A stretch of DNA of 64,000 bases from Vicinamibacteria bacterium (lineage in GTDB: Bacteria > Acidobacteriota > Vicinamibacteria > Marinacidobacterales > Marinacidobacteraceae): positions 256,001 to 320,000 of the forward strand of contig CAXXLQ010000004.1 in NCBI GenBank assembly GCA_963668695.2, written 5' to 3'. This document shows positions 48,615 through 56,038 of the stretch, piece after piece. The translations under genes and the position numbers were made by a program. The notes below the pieces were generated by a model that saw nothing but the letters and a program-made list of their open reading frames with translations, ran no database searches and was not told where the DNA came from. Each line of letters opens with the position of its first letter. The stretch's first letter is position 1.

Positions 48615-51236
48615 TCAGGCCGGAACCAGCTCGGCTCTGTCCGCCACCCCGCGCGGAGCGACCTCAATCGTTCCGCCGGCATCGCTCCGCACCTCGACCA
48701 AGGCTCCGGGCGGAAGCACCCCGCCAACGATCATCCGCGCGACCGGTGTCTCGACCCGGTGCTGGATGACCCGCCGAACGGGACGGGCGCCATAGAGCGG
48801 GTCGTACCCCTCGGCGGCAAGGACTCTGAGGGCGTCCTCGGTCACCTCGAGCGTGAGGTCTTGCTCGCGGACCCGTTCACGGAGCCGGTCCAGCTGGAGG
48901 TTCACGATTTCGGTCACCTGGTCCCGGGTGAGGCTCCGGAACACGACGGTTTCGTCCACCCGGTTCAGGAACTCGGGCGGGAACTCGCGCCGAAGCTCCG
49001 AAATCACTTCGCGCTTCATCTCGTCATATCCGCGTCCCGCCTCGGCAAGCGCCAGCACCCGCTCACTCCCGACGTTCGACGTCATGATGAGTACCGTGTT
49101 GCGGAAGTTGACCAGCCGGCCGTGCGAGTCGGTGAGCCGGCCGTCGTCGAGCACCTGAAGCAGCACGGTCCGCACCTGTGGGTGGGCCTTTTCGATTTCA
49201 TCCAGCAGGACAACCGCGAACGGCCGGCGGCGCACCGCCTCCGTCAACTGGCCACCCTCTTCGAAGCCGACATATCCGGGGGGCGCCCCGGTCAGCCGGG
49301 ACACCGAGTGCTTCTCGGTGTACTCGGACATGTCCAGGCGCACCACGGCGTGCTCGTCATCGAAGAGTTCGGCGGCGAGCGCGCGGGCGAGTTCGGTCTT
49401 TCCCACCCCGGTGGGGCCGGCGAACAGGAAGGCGCCGAGCGGCCGATCCGGATCCTGGACGCCGGCGCGAGCGCGGACCACCGCGTCGGCCACCGCCCGT
49501 ACCCCTTCGTCCTGTCCGATGACCCGGCGGTGGAGCAGGTCTCCCAGCCGCAGCAGTTTTTCCCGCTCGCCTTCGAGCAGCCGGTCCACCGGGATACCCG
49601 TCGACCGCGCAACCACCGAGGCTACGTCGGAGGCGTCCACCTCCTCACGAAGGAGACGACCGTCCTGCCCACCGAGCCGCGTCTCCGCGGCCGTCAGTTC
49701 GCGTTTCAGTTCCTCGATGGTCCCGTACCGGAGTTCGGCCGCCCGGCCGAGGTCCTGCTCGCGTTCAGCCCGCTCCATCTGGAGGTTCGCCTCTTCGATC
49801 CGCTCGCGAAGCCTCCGCACCCCAAGGAGCTGCGCTTTCTCGCCCTGCCACTGGGTGCGGAGGGCTCGCGCCTCCTCTTCGAGGTCGGCGATCCGCCGTT
49901 CGAGTTCCGTGAGTCGCTTGCGCGAAGCGTCGTCCTTTTCCTTCTTCAGCGCCTCACGCTCGATCTGAAGCGACAGGAGCCTCCGCTCCACCTCGTCGAG
50001 ACTGGTGGGAACACTGTCCATCTCGGTCCGCAGGCGGGCGCCCGCCTCGTCCACCAGATCGATGGCCTTGTCGGGCAGGAAGCGGCCGGAGATGTAACGG
50101 CTGGACATGGACGCCGCGGCCAGGAGCGCGCCGTCCTGGATCCGGACGCCGTGGTGGACCTCGTAGCGCTCCTTGAGGCCGCGCAGGATGGTCACGGTGT
50201 CCGGGACGGAGGGCTCATCAACCACCACGGTCTGGAACCGCCGTTCGAGCGCGGCATCCTTTTCGATGTACTGGCGGTATTCGTCCAGGGTGGTCGCCCC
50301 GATGCAGTGCAGGTCCCCCCGGGCGAGCGCCGGCTTCAGCAGGTTGGAGGCATCCATCGCGCCGTCGGTTCGGCCGGCGCCGACGACGGTATGCAACTCG
50401 TCGACGAAGAGAATGACCCTTCCGTCCGACTCCTGCACGGCGCCAAGCACCGCCCTGAGCCGCTCTTCGAACTCGCCCCGGAACTTCGCACCGGCGATGA
50501 GCGCCCCCATATCGAGCGCCACGACCTGCCGGTCGCGGAGCCCTTCGGGTACGTCACCCTTCACGATCCGGAGCGCCAGCCCCTCCGCGATGGCCGTCTT
50601 GCCGACTCCCGGTTCCCCGAGCAGCACCGGGTTGTTCTTGGTACGCCGAGACAGGATCTGCATGACCCGCCGGATCTCATCGTCACGACCGATGACCGGG
50701 TCCAGTTTGTCGGCACGGGCGAGGGACGTCAGGTCCCGCCCGTATTTCTGGAGTGGCTCGTAGGCGCTCTCGGGGTTGGGGCTTGAGGCGCGTGCGGGAC
50801 CGCGCACCGCCTTGATCGCTCCTTCGAGCCTCTTCCGGTCCACTCCGACGGCGCGGAGAGCATGGCTGGCCGCCGACTTCTGCAAGACCAGAGCGAGGAG
50901 GAGATGTTCCACGCTCAGGAACTCGTCCCCGAGCCTTCGCGCCTCCTCCGACGCGGTGTGAATCACCTTGGCGAGCCCCTGGGATGCGGAAGGCGAGCCC
51001 TCGGCTGCGTAGTGCTGCACCGGCAGCGCACCAAGGGCCGTGTCCAGGTTGCGACCCAGAGCGGAGGGTTCGACGTCCAGCCGGCGAAGGAGCCGGAGAG
51101 CAAGCCCATCGGGCGCATCGTCGAGCAAGGCGGCGAGCAGGTGCTCGGGAGTGGTTTCCGGGTTTGGGCGCCCTCCTGCGAGGCTTGCAGCCCGCGACAG
51201 TGCAGCGCCAGCACGTTCGGTAGCGGAAAGAGACAT
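48615..51236 (-). CDS. clpB: ATP-dependent chaperone ClpB
   Basis: Clp-N repeats, GEPGVGKT, coiled-coil M domain and GPTGVGKT. Confidence 0.96.
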   Translation of the reverse strand: MSLSATERAGAALSRAASLAGGRPNPETTPEHLLAALLDDAPDGLALRLLRRLDVEPSALGRNLDTALGALPVQHYAAEGSPSASQGLAKVIHTASEEARRLGDEFLSVEHLLLALVLQKSAASHALRAVGVDRKRLEGAIKAVRGPARASSPNPESAYEPLQKYGRDLTSLARADKLDPVIGRDDEIRRVMQILSRRTKNNPVLLGEPGVGKTAIAEGLALRIVKGDVPEGLRDRQVVALDMGALIAGAKFRGEFEERLRAVLGAVQESDGRVILFVDELHTVVGAGRTDGAMDASNLLKPALARGDLHCIGATTLDEYRQYIEKDAALERRFQTVVVDEPSVPDTVTILRGLKERYEVHHGVRIQDGALLAAASMSSRYISGRFLPDKAIDLVDEAGARLRTEMDSVPTSLDEVERRLLSLQIEREALKKEKDDASRKRLTELERRIADLEEEARALRTQWQGEKAQLLGVRRLRERIEEANLQMERAEREQDLGRAAELRYGTIEELKRELTAAETRLGGQDGRLLREEVDASDVASVVARSTGIPVDRLLEGEREKLLRLGDLLHRRVIGQDEGVRAVADAVVRARAGVQDPDRPLGAFLFAGPTGVGKTELARALAAELFDDEHAVVRLDMSEYTEKHSVSRLTGAPPGYVGFEEGGQLTEAVRRRPFAVVLLDEIEKAHPQVRTVLLQVLDDGRLTDSHGRLVNFRNTVLIMTSNVGSERVLALAEAGRGYDEMKREVISELRREFPPEFLNRVDETVVFRSLTRDQVTEIVNLQLDRLRERVREQDLTLEVTEDALRVLAAEGYDPLYGARPVRRVIQHRVETPVARMIVGGVLPPGALVEVRSDAGGTIEVAPRGVADRAELVPA

Positions 51237-51399
51237 GATCTATCTACTCCATACTCATTAAATCTGATGTGTAGTATAGCCGATTCTCCTGACAAAGCAC
51301 ACAGAACCGAGGGAACAAGGACCGGCGGGCTCGCCCCGGCGCGCCGGCTCCGCTCGCTGGGGCACTCCAGCCGGGTGGCGGGGGCTAACGGCCAGGCGC

Positions 51400-51854
51400 T
51401 AACAGCCGGTGGTGGAACCCGCGTGAGCGCCGAGGCCGGCGAGGCCCAGTTCTCCCGGTGGGGGTCCGGCTGACAAGGCGCGTGAGGAAGGAATACCGGG
51501 TGTATTTCGACCGAAACGCAACGATGAGCGGCACGCAGCGACGCGGTCAACAGCCGGTGGTGGAACCCGCGTGAGCGCCGAGGCCGGCGAGGCCCAGTTC
51601 TCCCGGTGGGGGTCCGGCTGACAAGGCGCGTGAGGGAGGAATACCGAGTGTATTTCGACCGAAACGCAACGCTGAGCGACGCGAAGCGACGCGGTTCAGC
51701 CGGGATGGATCGCCGGTCGAACGCCGCGCGAGTTTCATTACAGGCTGTTTCGCCGGGATGGATCGCCGGCCGAACGCCGCGCGGGTTTCATTACAGGCTG
51801 TTTCGCCGGGATGGATCGCCGGCCGAACGCCGCCTAGGTTTCACAACCGGCTGT
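51400..51854. mobile_element. Composite MITE-like family A element
   Basis: TA-ACAGCCGGTGGTGG start duplicated at about 51550; ~52-bp reiterations; end ACCGGCTGT. Confidence 0.82.
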
Positions 51855-52064
51855 TTCGGGACCCTCGCGTCCGGACGCACCGACGAAACCAGAACAGGTC
51901 AGGACCGGCAGGCGCGGGTAGCGGGGATAGCGCGCGTCCGAGAACGAACGCTCGCAAAGGGTGAAACGGGTGCGGCGCGACGCCACGATCCGGGCGTGGC
52001 AGCAGGTCTCGCAGAGCCCGGCGAGATGGCCCGCAGACACGACCGGTTCGCGCGGCTGGCTCAT
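51834..52064 (-). CDS. Small cysteine-rich hypothetical protein
   Basis: GLCETCCHAR...LCERS...YPRYPRLPVLTC; GGGAAGGGG RBS-like sequence; directly downstream of kbl. Confidence 0.65.
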   Translation of the reverse strand: MSQPREPVVSAGHLAGLCETCCHARIVASRRTRFTLCERSFSDARYPRYPRLPVLTCSGFVGASGREGPETAGCET

Positions 52065-52086
52065 CCCCCCTTCCCGACGCAGCCGC

Positions 52087-53277
52087 TCAGATGATGCCGC
52101 GGGCCCGGCCGCATTCCGCAAACGCGGCGACCGCCCGGTCCACCTGCTCGTCGTCATGGGCGGCAGACAACTGCACCCGGATCCGGGCCTTTCCGCGCGC
52201 GACCACGGGAAAGCTGAACCCGATGACGTAGATCCCGCGTTCGAGCAGATCGTCCGCCATGCCGCTCGCGAGACGGGCGTCGCCGAGCATGACGGGGACG
52301 ATGGGGTGCTCGCCCGCCGGAATTGTGAACCCGGCGGCCGTCATGGCTTCGCGAAACCGCCGGGTGTTCCGACGGAGCCGCTGTCTGGGCTCTTCGGTGG
52401 CCGAAAGGAGCGAAACGACCTCGATCGCAGCCGAGACGATGGCCGGGGCCAGGGTGTTCGAGAAGAGATAGGGGCGGCTCCGCTGGCGGAGCAGCGCGAC
52501 GATCTCGCCGCGTCCCGACGTGAACCCGCCAGCAGCTCCGCCGAGGGCCTTCCCGAGCGTGGAGGTGATGATGTCCACCCGCTCGGAGACCCCGAACCGC
52601 TCCGGCGTTCCGCGCCCGGTTTCTCCGATGAAGCCGGTGGCGTGCGAGTCGTCCACCATGACGAGCGCCTGGTGACGGTCGGCGAGGTCGCAGATCGCAT
52701 CGAGCGGCGCCAGGGTTCCGTCCATGCTGAAGACCCCGTCGGTCGCGATCAGTTTGCGCCGCGCGCCGGAGCACTCATCGAGTTTGGCGGCGAGGTCGTC
52801 CATGTCGCGGTTCCGGTAGCGGAAGCGCTGGGCCCGGCAAAGGCGCACGCCGTCGATGATGCTGGCGTGGTTCAGTTCGTCGCTGAGGATGGCGTCATCG
52901 GGACCGAGAATGGTCTCGAAGAGGCCACCGTTCGCATCAAAGCACGAGCTGTAGAGGATGGTGTCCTCGGTGCCCAGAAACTCGGCAATCCGCCGCTCCA
53001 ACTCGCGGTGAATGTCCTGGGTGCCGCAGATGAAGCGGACCGAGCTGAGCCCGAACCCGCGCTCGTCGAGCCCCCGGCGGGCGGCGGCGAGCACCCGCGG
53101 ATCGTTCCCGAGACCGAGGTAGTTGTTGGCGCAGAAGTTGAGGACTTCACGTCCCCCGACCCGGATCAGGGCTCCCTGAGGGGAGGCGATCAGGCGTTCC
53201 CGTTTCTCCAGACCCGCGTCCTGGATCGCGGTCACCTCGCCGCGGATGGAAGAAAGGACTTCAGCGTTCATGGGCAT
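52087..53277 (-). CDS. kbl: Glycine C-acetyltransferase (2-amino-3-ketobutyrate CoA ligase)
   Basis: [35 protein letters not shown] and [11 protein letters not shown]. Confidence 0.96.
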   Translation of the reverse strand: MPMNAEVLSSIRGEVTAIQDAGLEKRERLIASPQGALIRVGGREVLNFCANNYLGLGNDPRVLAAARRGLDERGFGLSSVRFICGTQDIHRELERRIAEFLGTEDTILYSSCFDANGGLFETILGPDDAILSDELNHASIIDGVRLCRAQRFRYRNRDMDDLAAKLDECSGARRKLIATDGVFSMDGTLAPLDAICDLADRHQALVMVDDSHATGFIGETGRGTPERFGVSERVDIITSTLGKALGGAAGGFTSGRGEIVALLRQRSRPYLFSNTLAPAIVSAAIEVVSLLSATEEPRQRLRRNTRRFREAMTAAGFTIPAGEHPIVPVMLGDARLASGMADDLLERGIYVIGFSFPVVARGKARIRVQLSAAHDDEQVDRAVAAFAECGRARGII

Positions 53278-53334
53278 GATTCCTCGGGGGCGAGACTCTA
53301 TCCGGTGGCAGGCGGCGTCAGGGAGGGCGACGCG

Positions 53335-53445
53335 CCGACCAGGGACCGCCGGCCAGGGACGGCGGCGCATCGGCCAGGGACCGCCGGCCAGTTCTCCCGG
53401 TGGGGGAGTCCAGACCGGCATCGCGGCCCGCCGGGCCGCGAAACT
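53335..53445. repeat. REP-like GC palindrome cluster carrying one 19-bp module (empty paralog of the IS110 target)
   Basis: Reverse strand reads GATGCCGGTCTGGACTCCCCCACCGGGAGAACTGGCCGGCGGTCCC. Confidence 0.65.
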
Positions 53446-54035
53446 CAGGTCGCAGTAGCAGGACTGGCGGGACGCCAACATGTCGCACTAGCCGGTTCCG
53501 CCGGATATACATGTCGCACTAGCGGGATCGGCGGGACGCCAACATGTCGCACTAGCCGGATCTGCCGGGCGAACATGTCGCACTAGCGGGATCGGCGGAA
53601 CGCGAACATGTCGCACTAGCCGGATCTGCCGGGCGAACATGTCGCACTAGCGGGATCGGCGGGACGCCAACATGTCGCACTAGCCGGTTCCGCCGGATGT
53701 ACATGTCGCACTAGCGGGATCGGCGGGACGCCAACATGTCGCACTAGCCGGTTCCGCCGGATGTACATGTCGCACTAGCGGGATCGGCGGGACGCCAACA
53801 TGTCGCACTAGCCGGTTCCGCCGGGCGAACATGTCGGCCTAGCAGGACCGGCAGGACGCCAACATGTCGCACTAGCCGGATCTGCCGCGCGAACATGTCG
53901 CAATAGCAGGGTCGGCGGAACGCGAACATGTCGCACTAGCCGGATCTGCCGCGCGAACATGTCGCACTACCGGGATCAGCGGGACGCCAACATGTCGCAG
54001 TAGCCGGATCTGCCGGGCGAACATGTCGCTCTAGC
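53446..54035. repeat. Tandem array: 18 copies (plus 1 degenerate) of ACATGTCGCACTAGC with alternating 16- and 18-bp linkers
   Basis: Cores run from 53478 to 54021 at alternating 31/33-bp spacing (64-bp dimer). Confidence 0.95.
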
Positions 54036-54087
54036 GATTCGACAAACCCTGATTCGAAATCTCGGGGGGCTCCGGTAGGCTGTCGCC

Positions 54088-54663
54088 GTGGCCGACGACG
54101 GGAGACAGCGGGCAGAGCTGCGGGGCGCGATCCGGGAAGAGGGATTCCGTCTCGGGTTCTCCGCGGTCGGATTCGCCCCACCTCGGATGCCCGAAGCCGG
54201 CCGGCAGTTCGAAAAGTGGCTGGACGATGGGAACCACGGGACCATGCACTGGATGGCCACGGATCCCGGCCGGCGGAGCGACGCCACGAGGACACGGGTT
54301 CGCGACGGGAACGATTCGGCCGCATTGCCAGAGCGGACCGTCGTGGCCTGCGGACTCAACTACTACCAGGGGGGTCCGGCCTCCGCGCCCTCCGGCGGCG
54401 GGGTGGTTTCCCAATACGCTCAAGGCGAGGACTACCACCGGGTGCTGGATTCGAAGCTCCGCGCCCTTGCGGCGTTCGCCCAAGCCCGCGCCATCAAAGC
54501 CGGCCTGCTGCCCGAGCGCTCGCCGGGCGCGCGCCGGCGCATCCCGACCCTCGTGGATCACGGACCGCTGCTTGAGAAGGCGTTCGCGGAACGGGCTGGC
54601 CTGGGATGGATCGGCAAGCACTCGAACGTGATCGCCACCCGGGGCAGCTCGTGGTTCTTCCTC
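54088..54663 (+). pseudogene. queG: Truncated epoxyqueuosine reductase (N-terminal part only)
   Basis: GNHGTMHWM, YAQGEDYH, LEKAFAERAGLGWIGK and SSWFFL, after which homology is lost; no 4Fe-4S CxxCxxC motifs follow. Confidence 0.8.
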
Positions 54664-54867
54664 CGGCGGACGGGTGCGCCCCTACGGGAAGCCGCCCGGT
54701 CGGACCAAGCCCATCACCGCTGCGCGTTTCGCGGCCCTGCGGGCCGCGATGCCGACCGGAGGTCGGCGGTCCCCTCACTCCCCGCGCTTGCCGCCGTTCA
54801 GCACTCCGCCTTTCACCAGCCTTCGGCTGGCAGTGCCGGTCTTCAGGCCCCCTATAGGATCACGGGC

Positions 54868-55053
54868 GTTGTGTAGGAGGCGGTTTCGCCTCCTACTTCA
54901 TCAACTTCGGTTGGCCGATCCGCCGGGAGTACCAAGAGGCCCCGGTGCCGCAAGCACCTGTGGTGGACCAGTACCCCGACGGATGGCCGTGATGGGACAC
55001 CCTGTGGAGAGTTGTGCCGATCGAGCACCAATATAGGGCTTGACTGCCATCGC
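54868..55053 (+). ncRNA. Putative IS110 bridge RNA (5' stem-loop, target-binding loop, donor-binding loop)
   Basis: Hairpin 54873-54896; stem 54913-54932/54971-54988 enclosing AGAGGCCCC and GGTGG around GGTGC/GCACC; stem 54989-54995/55047-55053 enclosing GGAGAGT and TATAGGG around GTGC/GCAC. Confidence 0.8.
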
Positions 55054-55071
55054 GGCAAGGCGGACCGCTCG

Positions 55072-55769
55072 ACACCGGCGACGGCGCGGAAGGTGCGGTG
55101 CTCCACCTGGGAGAAGCTGCTGCGGCACTACGGGGTGACCCGGATCAGCGCGGACCGGGTGGTTGCGTTGTTTCGTGAGGAGGCGCTGACGGTGGCGCCC
55201 GGGGCCACCGCCGCGGCGGTGGAGACGATTCGGACGGCGTTGGCCCTGCTGGAGGTTGTGAACGCGGAGATCGCGCGTGCGGAGAAGCAGATGACGCAGT
55301 TCCTGGATGCGCTGTCGGAGACGGAAGCGGTGGGAGGCGGCGCGGGCGCGACGGCTCCGGATCCGGTCACCATCCTGCGGTCTCGGAAGGGGTTGGGAGA
55401 CAAGGCGCTGGCGCGGCTGTTCGCCTGGGGATTCGAGGCGGTGTGCGCCGGGGACCACGGCCGGTTGCGAGCGGCCTCCGGGGCGGCCCCCCCGTCCGGG
55501 TGCAGTCCGGAGAGCGCGACACGGCCCGGATGCGGCGTGCGGTGCCCTACTCGCTGCAGCAGGCCGCCTACCTCCTGGCACGCGGGGTGTTGCGCTGGGA
55601 CGAGGACGTGAAGGCATACAGCCGGAAGCTGAAGGACGCGGGGAAGACGACGGCCCGGCGGCATCGCGCCATCGCCGACCAGCAGTTCCGGGTGTTATGC
55701 GCGATGGCGCGACACCGCACCTTCTTCGACCCGAACTTCGCCGCCAGGAGCCCAAAATCCGCCGCCTGA
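55072..55769 (+). pseudogene. IS110 recombinase remnant: C-terminal half, frameshifted, RuvC-like DEDD domain missing
   Basis: TILRSRKGLG..., GAAP/VRVQSG (frameshift in the C7 run 55487-55493) and RAIADQQFRVLCAMARHRTFFDP. Confidence 0.85.
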
Positions 55770-55771
55770 CT

Positions 55772-55956
55772 TAACAGCCTGTGGCGAAACCCACGCGGCG
55801 TTCAACCGGCGATCCATCCCGGCTGAACCACTCCGCTTCGCTGCGTTCTGCGTTGCGTTTCGGTCGAAATACACCCGGTATTCCTCCCTCACGCGCCTTG
55901 TCAGCCGGGCGCCTCACCGGCCTCGGCGCTCACGCGGGTTCCACCACAGGCTGTTA
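55772..55956. mobile_element. Minimal 185-bp family A element inserted in the IS110 right end
   Basis: TA-ACAGCCTGTGG ... CCACAGGCTGT-TA; lacks the 19-bp module. Confidence 0.88.
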
Positions 55957-56038
55957 ACCCTCCCTTCCTCCTTGCATTCTCCAGGAGAGTCCACCGGGAG
56001 AACTGGCCGGCGGTCCCTGCCGGACGGATCCTCGGCGC

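Larger units (their letters stand above)
54852..55990 (+). mobile_element. IS110-family element, internally deleted (non-autonomous), flanked by a CC core on both sides
   Basis: Left junction AGGCC-CC-CTATAGGAT; right junction GGAGAGT-CC-ACCGGG; transposase remnant; removing it restores a repeat seen intact at 53372-53421. Confidence 0.85.

Noticed and set aside
48387-50786. Long antisense ORFs (799 aa here; also 3381-5240, 22278-23870, 33305-34918, 51961-53586)
   Set aside because: These are shadow frames of well-supported genes, typical of high-GC codon usage.
51237-51300. HAIR, CIRCE or CtsR operator upstream of clpB
   Set aside because: The region is AT-rich with a TATACT-like -10, but only one half-site resembles HAIR (CTTGAGT-N7-ACTCAAG), and no CIRCE or CtsR repeat was seen.
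53446-54035. CRISPR array or TIGR-like guide array
   Set aside because: The 16/18-bp linkers recur as two alternating types rather than being unique spacers. The repeat is only 15 bp, no cas genes are present, and the nearby IS110 remnant is better explained by its own bridge RNA.
54088-54876. Full-length 262-aa QueG
   Set aside because: The last ~70 residues come from palindromic repeat and IS left-end DNA, and the Fe-S motifs are missing.
54957-54967. CCTGTGGTGGA in the target loop is identical to the family A terminal repeat, suggesting the IS targets MITE ends
   Set aside because: The left guide AGAGGCCCC does not match the sequence preceding CCACCACAGG in MITE ends (GGGTT), and the observed insertion is in the 19-bp module. 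Kept only as a possible secondary target.
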